A DNA stretch of 64,000 nt from Chrysomallon squamiferum (GCA_012295275.1 CM022677.1:14260001-14324000); one strand, 5' to 3'. Shown: positions 13,104 through 25,076, counted from the first letter of the stretch. The notes: generated by a model not told the origin, from the sequence alone. Translations and numbers: made by a program.

Positions 13104-13415
13104 TCAACCAGATGGTCGGATGTCCCAAAAACGCGAAGAATCACCGCAGGATTACCTCCCAGCATTTGCTAGTGCTAGCTCAGTTTACACACAAGCACGT
13201 GGCGAATAATGAGAAAAAATATGCCTGCGATTACGTTTCGAAAGATGCGCGTAGAAGAGTTGTGAAGTAAAGCTCATCAGCTACTCTCCCAGCATTTGCT
13301 AGTGCTAGCAGAACGTGAAACGCCAGCACAACCAAATACAAGCAAAGTACTGATGATGTCTTTCTCTTAATGTACGTAATGCGTAACTTTTCGTCATTTC
13401 GTCGTCTACTTGCGA
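13104..13415 (-). repeat. Inverted copy of part of the array unit (contains hairpins B and C in antisense)
   Basis: Near-exact reverse complement of 13884-14194. The junction with the sense array shares the microhomology CGA (13413-13415). Confidence 0.95.
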
Positions 13416-13779
13416 TACGTAAACTGCACGGCCACCATTTCGTTCGTAATCCGTTTTTTTTTTTTTTTCTTTAAAAGCGCTTGGTAATTTAAATTTTCGA
13501 CGTCGAAATTTCTAATTAGTCCAATTAAGTAAAAATGCTTGATGTTTCAACCAAGTGATAACTAGCGGTTGTCAATCAGTCAATTCAAAATGCATTCACT
13601 CTCACTGACAGTTCACTGCCTCATTTACTAAGTATAAGTAATTTCAGATACTTCTAATATCGTTGCAGATGCAGGCGTCGTCTCCAGTCACATAATCTTT
13701 CAGCTATTATTTGCTTTTCTTCACATTTAGTTTTCTTCAACAGAAACTGTACGAGACAATTTCCTGATATGTTATTTCT

Positions 13780-13848
13780 AAACGTTCTGGTATTTGTTTC
13801 GTGCTCGTGACGTAAAACACAACTAGCACTAGCAAATGCTGGAGGTTT
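13780..13848 (+). ncRNA. Pre-miRNA-like hairpin A (unit 1); predicted 3p 13824-13845 UAGCACUAGCAAAUGCUGGAGG
   Basis: aaacgttctggtatttgtttcgtgctcgt pairs with actagcactagcaaatgctggaggttt; CUAC at +17. Confidence 0.75.
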
Positions 13849-13948
13849 ATCGAATAGACAGCTACGCTTCCGAAACATCGCCGTCGCAAGTAGACGACGA
13901 AATGACGAAAAGTTACGCATTACGTACATTAAGAGAAAGACATCATCA

Positions 13949-14018
13949 GTACTTTGCTTGTATTTGGTTGTGCTGGCGTTTCACGTTCTGCTAGCACTAG
14001 CAAATGCTGGGAGAGTAT
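13949..14018 (+). ncRNA. Pre-miRNA-like hairpin B (unit 1); predicted 3p 13992-14013
   Basis: gtactttgcttgtatttggttgtgctggcg pairs with tgctagcactagcaaatgctgggagagtat; CUUC at +19. Confidence 0.75.
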
Positions 14019-14071
14019 CGGATGAGCTTTACTTCACAACTCTTCTACGCGCATCTTTCGAAACGTAATCG

Positions 14072-14152
14072 CAGGCATATTTTTTCTCAGTATTCGCCAC
14101 GTGCTTGTGTGTAAACTGAGCTAGCACTAGCAAATGCTGGGAGGTAATCCTG
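14072..14152 (+). ncRNA. Pre-miRNA-like hairpin C (unit 1); predicted 3p 14122-14143
   Basis: ttctcagtattcgccacgtgcttgt pairs with gctagcactagcaaatgctgggag, with a basal cagg/cctg stem, apical UGUG and CUUC at +18. Confidence 0.72.
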
Positions 14153-14285
14153 GGGTGATTCTTCGCGTTTTGGGGACATCCGACCATCTGGTTGAAAGCC
14201 TTTCCTTTTTAGCTAAATTATGCTCAAACCGCTACCAGATCACAGAAGACACCACTCAAATTTATTTACGACCATCACGTCCTTA

Positions 14286-14355
14286 ATACTTTGCTAGTAT
14301 TTCTTGGTGCTGGCGTTTCACGTCTTGTTAGCACTAGCAAATGCTGGGAGAGTAT
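14286..14355 (+). ncRNA. Pre-miRNA-like hairpin D (unit 1); predicted 3p 14329-14350
   Basis: tactttgctagtatttcttggtgctggcg pairs with tgttagcactagcaaatgctgggagagta (two mismatches, the rest WC or G:U); CUUC at +19. Confidence 0.8.
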
Positions 14356-14462
14356 AGTACGAAATGCACTTCAACAACGATACCTTTTGAGCGAAGTAAT
14401 GCTGTTTCCGCAAACAGATCACAAAAGCAGTCAGATTTATTTAGGACGACTACATCGTTAGC

Positions 14463-14529
14463 ACTCTGCTAGCATTTCTTTGTGCTGGTGTGTCACAAAG
14501 TACTAGCACTAGCAAATGCTGGGAGAGTA
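14463..14529 (+). ncRNA. Pre-miRNA-like hairpin E (unit 1); predicted 3p 14504-14525
   Basis: actctgctagcatttctttgtgctggtg pairs with tactagcactagcaaatgctgggagagt. Predicted precursor is 22+14+22 = 58 nt with apical UGUG and CUUC at +19. Confidence 0.8.
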
Positions 14530-17500
14530 TAGTACGAAATGCACTTCAACAACGATACGTAAACTGCACGGCCATCATTTCGTTCGTAATCCGTTTTTTT
14601 TTCTTCTTTAAAAGCGCTTGGTAATTTGAATTTTCGACGTCGAAATTTCTAATTAGTCCAATTAAGTAAACAATGCTTGATGTTTCAACCAAGTGATAAC
14701 TAGCGGTTGTCAATGAGTCAATTCAAAATTCATTCACTCTCACTGTCAGCTCACTGCCTCATTTACGAAGTATAAGTAATTTCAGATACTTCTAATATCG
14801 TTGCAGATGCAGGCGTCGTCTCCAGTCACATCAGCTTTCAGGTATTATTTGCTTTTCTTCACATTTAGTTTTCTTCAACAGAAACTGTACGAGACAATTT
14901 CCTGATATGTTATTTCTAAACGTTCTGGTATTTGTTTCGTGCTCGTGACGTAAAACACAACTAGCACTAGCAAATGCTGGAGGTTTATCGAATAGACAGC
15001 TACGCTTCCGAAACATCGCCGTCGCAAGTAGACGACGAAATGACGAAAAGTTACGCATTACGTACATTAAGAGAAAGACATCATCAGTACTTTGCTTGTA
15101 TTTGGTTGTGCTGGCGTTTCACGTTCTGCTAGCACTAGCAAATGCTGGGAGAGTATCGGATGAGCTTTACTTCACAACTCTTCTACGCGCATCTTTCGAA
15201 ACGTAATCGCAGGCATATTTTTTCTCAGTATTCGCCACGTGCTTGTGTGTAAACTGAGCTAGCACTAGCAAATGCTGGGAGGTAATCCTGCGGTGATTCT
15301 TCGCGTTTTGGGACATCCGACCATCTGGTTGAAAGCCTTTCCTTTTTAGCTAAATTATGCTCAAACCGCTACCAGATCACAGAAGACACCACTCAAATTT
15401 ATTTACGACCATCACGTCCTTAATACTTTGCTAGTATTTCTTGGTGCTGGCGTTTCACGTCTTGTTAGCACTAGCAAATGCTGGGAGAGTATAGTACGAA
15501 ATGCACTTCAACAACGATACCTTTTGAGCGAAGTAATGCTGTTTCCGCAAACAGATCACAAAAGCAGTCAGATTTATTTAGGACGACTACATCGTTAGCA
15601 CTCTGCTAGCATTTCTTTGTGCTGGTGTGTCACAAAGTACTAGCACTAGCAAATGCTGGGAGAGTATAGTACGAAATGCACTTCAACAACGATACGTAAA
15701 CTGCACGGCCATCATTTCGTTCGTAATCCGTTTTTTTTCTTCTTTAAAAGCGCTTGGTAATTTGAATTTTCGACGTCGAAATTTCTAATTAGTCCAATTA
15801 AGTAAACAATGCTTGATGTTTCAACCAAGTGATAACTAGCGGTTGTCAATGAGTCAATTCAAAATTCATTCACTCTCACTGTCAGCTCACTGCCTCATTT
15901 ACGAAGTATAAGTAATTTCAGATACTTCTAATATCGTTGCAGATGCAGGCGTCGTCTCCAGTCACATCAGCTTTCAGGTATTATTTGCTTTTCTTCACAT
16001 TTAGTTTTCTTCAACAGAAACTGTACGAGACAATTTCCTGATATGTTATTTCTAAACGTTCTGGTATTTGTTTCGTGCTCGTGACGTAAAACACAACTAG
16101 CACTAGCAAATGCTGGAGGTTTATCGAATAGACAGCTACGCTTCCGAAACATCGCCGTCGCAAGTAGTAGACGACGAAATGACGAAAAGTTACGCATTAC
16201 GTACATTAAGAGAAAGACATCATCAGTACTTTGTTTGTATTTGGTTGTGCTGGCGTTTCACGTTCTGCTAGCACTAGCAAATGCTGGGAGAGTATCGGAT
16301 GAGCTTTACTTCACAACTCTTCTACGCGCATCTTTCGAAACGTAATCGCAGGCATATTTTTTTCTCAGTATTCGCCACGTGCTTGTGTGTAAACTGAGCT
16401 AGCACTAGCAAATGCTGGGAGGTAATCCTGCGGTGATTCTTCGCGTTTTTGGGACATCCGACCATCTGGTTGAAAGCCTTTCCTTTTTAGCTAAATTATG
16501 CTCAAACCGCTACCAGATCACAGAAGACACCACTCAAATTTATTTACGACCATCACGTCCTTAATACTTTGCTAGTATTTCTTGGTGCTGGCGTTTCACG
16601 TCTTGTTAGCACTAGCAAATGCTGGGAGAGTATAGTACGAAATGCACTTCAACAACGATACCTTTTGAGCGAAGTAATGCTGTTTCCGCAAACAGATCAC
16701 AAAAGCAGTCAGATTTATTTAGGACGACTACATCGTTAGCACTCTGCTAGCATTTCTTTGTGCTGGTGTGTCACAAAGTACTAGCACTAGCAAATGCTGG
16801 GAGAGTATAGTACGAAATGCACTTCAACAACGATACGTAAACTGCACGGCCATCATTTCGTTCGTAATCCGTTTTTTTTTTTTTTCTTTAAAAGCGCTTG
16901 GTAATTTGAATTTTCGACGTCGAAATTTCTAATTAGTCCAATTAAGTAAACAATGCTTGATGTTTCAACCAAGTGATAACTAGCGGTTGTCAATGAGTCA
17001 ATTCAAAATTCATTCACTCTCACTGTCAGCTCACTGCCTCATTTACGAAGTATAAGTAATTTCAGATACTTCTAATATCGTTGCAGATGCAGGCGTCGTC
17101 TCCAGTCACATCAGCTTTCAGGTATTATTTGCTTTTCTTCACATTTAGTTTTCTTCAACAGAAACTGTACGAGACAATTTCCTGATATGTTATTTCTAAA
17201 CGTTCTGGTATTTGTTTCGTGCTCGTGACGTAAAACACAACTAGCACTAGCAAATGCTGGAGGTTTATCGAATAGACAGCTACGCTTCCGAAACATCGCC
17301 GTCGCAAGTAGACGACGAAATGACGAAAAGTTACGCATTACGTACATTAAGAGAAAGACATCATCAGTACTTTGCTTGTATTTGGTTGTGCTGGCGTTTC
17401 ACGTTCTGCTAGCACTAGCAAATGCTGGGAGAGTATCGGATGAGCTTTACTTCACAACTCTTCTACGCGCATCTTTCGAAACGTAATCGCAGGCATATTT

Positions 17501-20500
17501 TTCTCAGTATTCGCCACGTGCTTGTGTGTAAACTGAGCTAGCACTAGCAAATGCTGGGAGGTAATCCTGCGGTGATTCTTCGCGTTTTTGGGACATCCGA
17601 CCATCTGGTTGAAAGCCTTTCCTTTTTAGCTAAATTATGCTCAAACCGCTACCAGATCACAGAAGACACCACTCAAATTTATTTACGACCATCACGTCCT
17701 TAATACTTTGCTAGTATTTCTTGGTGCTGGCGTTTCACGTCTTGTTAGCACTAGCAAATGCTGGGAGAGTATAGTACGAAATGCACTTCAACAACGATAC
17801 CTTTTGAGCGAAGTAATGCTGTTTCCGCAAACAGATCACAAAAGCAGTCAGATTTATTTAGGACGACTACATCGTTAGCACTCTGCTAGCATTTCTTTGT
17901 GCTGGTGTGTCACAAAGTACTAGCACTAGCAAATGCTGGGAGAGTATAGTACGAAATGCACTTCAACAACGATACGTAAACTGCACGGCCATCATTTCGT
18001 TCGTAATCCGTTTTTTTTTTCTTCTTTAAAAGCGCTTGGTAATTTGAATTTTCGACGTCGAAATTTCTAATTAGTCCAATTAAGTAAACAATGCTTGATG
18101 TTTCAACCAAGTGATAACTAGCGGTTGTCAATGAGTCAATTCAAAATTCATTCACTCTCACTGTCAGCTCACTGCTGCCTCATTTACGAAGTATAAGTAA
18201 TTTCAGATACTTCTAATATCGTTGCAGATGCAGGCGTCGTCTCCAGTCACATCAGCTTTCAGGTATTATTTGCTTTTCTTCACATTTAGTTTTCTTCAAC
18301 AGAAACTGTACGAGACAATTTCCTGATATGTTATTTCTAAACGTTCTGGTATTTGTTTCGTGCTCGTGACGTAAAACACAACTAGCACTAGCAAATGCTG
18401 GAGGTTTATCGAATAGACAGCTACGCTTCCGAAACATCGCCGTCGCAAGTAGACGACGAAATGACGAAAAGTTACGCATTACGTACATTAAGAGAAAGAC
18501 ATCATCAGTACTTTGCTTGTATTTGGTTGTGCTGGCGTTTCACGTTCTGCTAGCACTAGCAAATGCTGGGAGAGTATCGGATGAGCTTTACTTCACAACT
18601 CTTCTACGCGCATCTTTCGAAACGTAATCGCAGGCATTTTTTTCTCAGTATTCGCCACGCTTGTGCTTGTGTGTAAACTGAGCTAGCACTAGCAAATGCT
18701 GGGAGGTAATCCTGCGGTGATTCTTCGCGTTTTTGGGACATCCGACCATCTGGTTGAAAGCCTTTCCTTTTTAGCTAAATTATGCTCAAACCGCTACCAG
18801 ATCACAGAAGACACCACTCAAATTTATTTACGACCATCACGTCCTTAATACTTTGCTAGTATTTCTTGGTGCTGGCGTTTCACGTCTTGTTAGCACTAGC
18901 AAATGCTGGGAGAGTATAGTACGAAATGCACTTCAACAACGATACCTTTTGAGCGAAGTAATGCTGTTTCCGCAAACAGATCACAAAAGCAGTCAGATTT
19001 ATTTAGGACGACTACATCGTTAGCACTCTGCTAGCATTTCTTTGTGCTGGTGTGTCACAAAGTACTAGCACTAGCAAATGCTGGGAGAGTATAGTACGAA
19101 ATGCACTTCAACAACGATACGTAAACTGCACGGCCATCATTTCGTTCGTAATCCGTTTTTTTTTTCTTCTTTAAAAGCGCTTGGTAATTTGAATTTTCGA
19201 CGTCGAAATTTCTAATTAGTCCAATTAAGTAAACAATGCTTGATGTTTCAACCAAGTGATAACTAGCGGTTGTCAATGAGTCAATTCAAAATTCATTCAC
19301 TCTCACTGTCAGCTCACTGCCTCATTTACGAAGTATAAGTAATTTCAGATACTTCTAATATCGTTGCAGATGCAGGCGTCGTCTCCAGTCACATCAGCTT
19401 TCAGGTATTATTTGCTTTTCTTCACATTTAGTTTTCTTCAACAGAAACTGTACGAGACAATTTCCTGATATGTTATTTCTAAACGTTCTGGTATTTGTTT
19501 CGTGCTCGTGACGTAAAACACAACTAGCACTAGCAAATGCTGGAGGTTTATCGAATAGACAGCTACGCTTCCGAAACATCGCCGTCGCAAGTAGACGACG
19601 AAATGACGAAAAGTTACGCATTACGTACATTAAGAGAAAGACATCATCAGTACTTTGCTTGTATTTGGTTGTGCTGGCGTTTCACGTTCTGCTAGCACTA
19701 GCAAATGCTGGGAGAGTATCGGATGAGCTTTACTTCACAACTCTTCTACGCGCATCTTTCGAAACGTAATCGCAGGCATATTTTTTCTCAGTATTCGCCA
19801 CGTGCTTGTGTGTAAACTGAGCTAGCACTAGCAAATGCTGGGAGGTAATCCTGCGGTGATTCTTCGCGTTTTTGGGACATCCGACCATCTGGTTGAAAGC
19901 CTTTCCTTTTTAGCTAAATTATGCTCAAACCGCTACCAGATCACAGAAGACACCACTCAAATTTATTTACGACCATCACGTCCTTAATACTTTGCTAGTA
20001 TTTCTTGGTGCTGGCGTTTCACGTCTTGTTAGCACTAGCAAATGCTGGGAGAGTATAGTACGAAATGCACTTCAACAACGATACCTTTTGAGCGAAGTAA
20101 TGCTGTTTCCGCAAACAGATCACAAAAGCAGTCAGATTTATTTAGGACGACTACATCGTTAGCACTCTGCTAGCATTTCTTTGTGCTGGTGTGTCACAAA
20201 GTACTAGCACTAGCAAATGCTGGGAGAGTATAGTACGAAATGCACTTCAACAACGATACGTAAACTGCACGGCCATCATTTCGTTCGTAATCCGTTTTTT
20301 TTCTTCTTTAAAAGCGCTTGGTAATTTGAATTTTCGACGTCGAAATTTCTAATTAGTCCAATTAAGTAAACAATGCTTGATGTTTCAACCAAGTGATAAC
20401 TAGCGGTTGTCAATGAGTCAATTCAAAATTCATTCACTCTCACTGTCAGCTCACTGCCTCATTTACGAAGTATAAGTAATTTCAGATACTTCTAATATCG

Positions 20501-23342
20501 TTGCAGATGCAGGCGTCGTCTCCAGTCACATCAGCTTTCAGGTATTATTTGCTTTTCTTCACATTTAGTTTTCTTCAACAGAAACTGTACGAGACAATTT
20601 CCTGATATGTTATTTCTAAACGTTCTGGTATTTGTTTCGTGCTCGTGACGTAAAACACAACTAGCACTAGCAAATGCTGGAGGTTTATCGAATAGACAGC
20701 TACGCTTCCGAAACATCGCCGTCGCAAGTAGACGACGAAATGACGAAAAGTTACGCATTACGTACATTAAGAGAAAGACATCATCAGTACTTTGCTTGTA
20801 TTTGGTTGTGCTGGCGTTTCACGTTCTGCTAGCACTAGCAAATGCTGGGAGAGTATCGGATGAGCTTTACTTCACAACTCTTCTACGCGCATCTTTCGAA
20901 ACGTAATCGCAGGCATATTTTTCTCAGTATTCGCCACGTGCTTGTGTGTAAACTGAGCTAGCACTAGCAAATGCTGGGAGGTAATCCTGCGGTGATTCTT
21001 CGCGTTTTTGGGACATCCGACCATCTGGTTGAAAGCCTTTCCTTTTTAGCTAAATTATGCTCAAACCGCTACCAGATCACAGAAGACACCACTCAAATTT
21101 ATTTACGACCATCACGTCCTTAATACTTTGCTAGTATTTCTTGGTGCTGGCGTTTCACGTCTTGTTAGCACTAGCAAATGCTGGGAGAGTATAGTACGAA
21201 ATGCACTTCAACAACGATACCTTTTGAGCGAAGTAATGCTGTTTCCGCAAACAGATCACAAAAGCAGTCAGATTTATTTAGGACGACTACATCGTTAGCA
21301 CTCTGCTAGCATTTCTTTGTGCTGGTGTGTCACAAAGTACTAGCACTAGCAAATGCTGGGAGAGTATAGTACGAAATGCACTTCAACAACGATACGTAAA
21401 CTGCACGGCCATCATTTCGTTCGTAATCCGTTTTTTTTTTTTTCTTTAAAAGCGCTTGGTAATTTGAATTTTCGACGTCGAAATTTCTAATTAGTCCAAT
21501 TAAGTAAACAATGCTTGATGTTTCAACCAAGTGATAACTAGCGGTTGTCAATGAGTCAATTCAAAATTCATTCACTCTCACTGTCAGCTCACTGCCTCAT
21601 TTACGAAGTATAAGTAATTTCAGATACTTCTAATATCGTTGCAGATGCAGGCGTCGTCTCCAGTCACATCAGCTTTCAGGTATTATTTGCTTTTCTTCAC
21701 ATTTAGTTTTCTTCAACAGAAACTGTACGAGACAATTTCCTGATATGTTATTTCTAAACGTTCTGGTATTTGTTTCGTGCTCGTGACGTAAAACACAACT
21801 AGCACTAGCAAATGCTGGAGGTTTATCGAATAGACAGCTACGCTTCCGAAACATCGCCGTCGCAAGTAGACGACGAAATGACGAAAAGTTACGCATTACG
21901 TACATTAAGAGAAAGACATCATCAGTACTTTGCTTGTATTTGGTTGTGCTGGCGTTTCACGTTCTGCTAGCACTAGCAAATGCTGGGAGAGTATCGGATG
22001 AGCTTTACTTCACAACTCTTCTACGCGCATCTTTCTAAACGTAATCGCAGGCATATTTTTTTCTCAGAATTCGCCACGTGCTTGTGTGTAAACTGAGCTA
22101 GCACTAGCAAATGCTGGGAGGTAATCCTGCGGTGATTCTTCGCGTTTTTGGGACATCCGACCATCTGGTTGAAAGCCTTTCCTTTTTAGCTAAATTATGC
22201 TCAAACCGCTACCAGATCACAGAAGACACCACTCAAATTTATTTACGACCATCACGTCCTTAATACTTTGCTAGTATTTCTTGGTGCTGGCGTTTCACGT
22301 CTTGTTAGCACTAGCAAATGCTGGGAGAGTATAGTACGAAATGCACTTCAACAACGATACCTTTTGAGCGAAGTAATGCTGTTTCCGCAAACAGATCACA
22401 AAAGCAGTCAGATTTATTTAGGACGACTACATCGTTAGCACTCTGCTAGCATTTCTTTGTGCTGGTGTGTCACAAAGTACTAGCACTAGCAAATGCTGGG
22501 AGAGTATAGTACGAAATGCACTTCAACAACGATACGTAAACTGCACGGCCATCATTTCGTTCGTAATCCGTTTTTTTTCTTCTTTAAAAGCGCTTGGTAA
22601 TTTGAATTTTCGACGTCGAAATTTCTAATTAGTCCAATTAAGTAAACAATGCTTGATGTTTCAACCAAGTGATAACTAGCGGTTGTCAATGAGTCAATTC
22701 AAAATTCATTCACTCTCACTGTCAGCTCACTGCCTCATTTACGAAGTATAAGTAATTTCAGATACTTCTAATATCGTTGCAGATGCAGGCGTCGTCTCCA
22801 GTCACATCAGCTTTCAGGTATTATTTGCTTTTCTTCACATTTAGTTTTCTTCAACAGAAACTGTACGAGACAATTTCCTGATATGTTATTTCTAAACGTT
22901 CTGGTATTTGTTTCGTGCTCGTGACGTAAAACACAACTAGCACTAGCAAATGCTGGAGGTTTATCGAATAGACAGCTACGCTTCCGAAACATCGCCGTCG
23001 CAAGTAGACGACGAAATGACGAAAAGTTACGCATTACGTACATTAAGAGAAAGACATCATCAGTACTTTGCTTGTATTTGGTTGTGCTGGCGTTTCACGT
23101 TCTGCTAGCACTAGCAAATGCTGGGAGAGTATCGGATGAGCTTTACTTCACAACTCTTCTACGCGCATCTTGCGCATCTTTTTCAAAGAATATGATTATA
23201 GTTTATTCATTTATTAATTTAATTAACATTTTTAAAATAGTTATTTACATCCATCAAAATATGTATTTTATTTAAATAATTGTTTTTTCACTGTTAAATG
23301 AAAAAATAAAAATGAAACGAAAATGAAATAAAATATATTTAC

Positions 23343-23378
<36 letters not shown>

Positions 23379-24464
23379 GTGGTGATTTTAAATCCACTTA
23401 TAAGATAACAAAACAAAACCGTAACACATTTCCAAACTGGGATGTAGGATTACTATATTTACTTCTCCAGCTTTACTGTAAACAAAAAGAAACAAATGTT
23501 TAGTAAACTTCCATTGTTTGTAAAACTGAAAATTATTTACATAAACATGATTAGAATCTAACATCATGGCCCTAGTTCCTGAAAGTAGGATTTCTTCCTG
23601 CGATGTCTGTTTTGGAGATACATAATAATATTAATAAGCGAACACGTATTGTTATACAACGTTATTCTTTCTTTTATCGTTCATCGTTCAAGAGTAAAAC
23701 GGTCTGGTGCGAGTTGAAGACAGGTCTCGATTAAGAGAGTAATTTCAATAAATAAATAAATAAATAAATGACAACCCTTTATAAACATTTTCTGAGGCGA
23801 AGACAATATAAAAATATACTAATTTTGTCATTCAGCTGTATCATAATAATAATTTTACATATCATTACATGCGACTTCGTTTGAATTACGAATGATACCG
23901 AACAAATCTTTATAACTACCGAAACATACTGCACCATGCTGATATAAATCCATTTATAAGACAATAAAACTGCGATGTTGCAAGATTCTTGTGTACACTC
24001 TACATTTCTCACTATTCAGGTTCTCTGTAGTAAAATTTCTATCAAAATATCACGTTCATATCTTTTATTTTAAAATATCCCCATTTTCTGACGCCTTGAA
24101 ACATTTTTCTGTGTATTTTTAAATTTTAGAAAAGCACATTTATTTATATTTCTCAAAGTTTAAAGAAAAATAATATCCCCTCCTCTATCTCTGAATTCTA
24201 TAATAAACGTAATAAAATATTACGTAACTGCCACATACACTTTGCTGGTGCTGTTAGGCATCATTATCACAAATAAACAAACACACGTAGCTCTGCTGCT
24301 AGCAACTGAAAGATAAACCGTTTTGCTTTGTTAAATAATCGGCAGAAAATTTTGTGAGAAGGTTATAAAGTAAGCAGACGTACTTCTAATACACATTTTA
24401 CTAATCTCAGTTTTATCTTATAAAGTCTATTCCTCATCAGCATATATTATTATTATCTTTTTTG

Positions 24465-24850
24465 ACGTTGCCGTCATTGCAGTCGTGCAGGGGTTGTTCC
24501 TAATGTTTTAGGTGTACATACCATTATTCTTTTGCTTTTTATTAACTATTATTCATAATTCTTTAGCGATCAAATCCTTTAGAAAATTGTATTATTACTA
24601 TTTCTATTAATATCACCATCGTTGCCGTCATAACGGCGTTGTTCCTAGCTTTCTTGGAGTATTTCTGATTATTCTTTAGCGCTTTTTATTAATTATTCCT
24701 CGTACTTTCTGAGCTGGCGTATCGCCTTCTAAAATGTATTACTGTAATTTCTATTAATGTCGCAGTCGTTGCCGTCGTACCGGCATTGTTCCTAAGGTTA
24801 TTTGTCTAGTTATTTTCTGAGCGTGCCATGCTATATCAAAATATATTATT
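24465..24850. repeat. Degenerate ~145-bp satellite-like family, ~3 copies
   Basis: The motif cgttgccgtc...ttgttccta...attattcttt...ttctattaat recurs here and at 35170-36420 and 53660-53830. Confidence 0.7.
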
Positions 24851-25076
24851 ATTATATCTAATATACCTACTTGTCGCATTTTCTATCAATCCATAATTAT
24901 ATTTCCGTTCATGTACTAAACTCTCTCTCGCTCTCTGTTCCTCTGGCTCTCTGTTTACGGTCCTCGTTGGCTTTCTATTTATCTTTGTTCCTTTCTATGA
25001 GGCTGTTATTCATCTATTTATAAATATTTCTATATTCTGTCAGTCTCTCTGTCTCTAAGTTTATTTTTATCTGTAC

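Larger units (their letters stand above)
13780..23135 (+). ncRNA. Putative polycistronic miRNA cluster, ~42 pre-miRNA-like hairpins (5 per unit), shared 3p arm UAGCACUAGCAAAUGCUGG(GAG/AGG)
   Basis: Each of five copies per unit of the conserved 22-mer pairs with a different upstream arm through Watson-Crick plus G:U pairs on the + strand. Loops are ~14 nt, and a CNNC lies 17-19 nt downstream of the predicted 3p end. Confidence 0.8.
13413..23171 (+). repeat. ~1.14-kb tandem array, 8 full units plus one partial
   Basis: The unit start cgatacgtaaactgcacgg occurs at 13413, 14553, 15690, 16831, 17970, 19115, 20254, 21390 and 22530. Units are nearly identical, differing by homopolymer lengths, small indels and a few substitutions. 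Confidence 0.98.

Noticed and set aside
13654-23043. Repeated 73-91 aa minus-strand ORFs (MYVMRNFSS..., MTTASYHL...)
   Set aside because: No recognisable domain. The 73-aa ORF appears only when a T-run length permits, the frame differs in unit 1, and they are antisense to the hairpins, so they are by-products of the repeat.
13413-23171. CRISPR-like appearance (conserved ~22-bp repeat with variable spacers)
   Set aside because: The context is eukaryotic with no cas genes. The intervening sequences are 110-440 bp, recur identically in every unit and base-pair with the repeat, which fits hairpin precursors rather than spacers.
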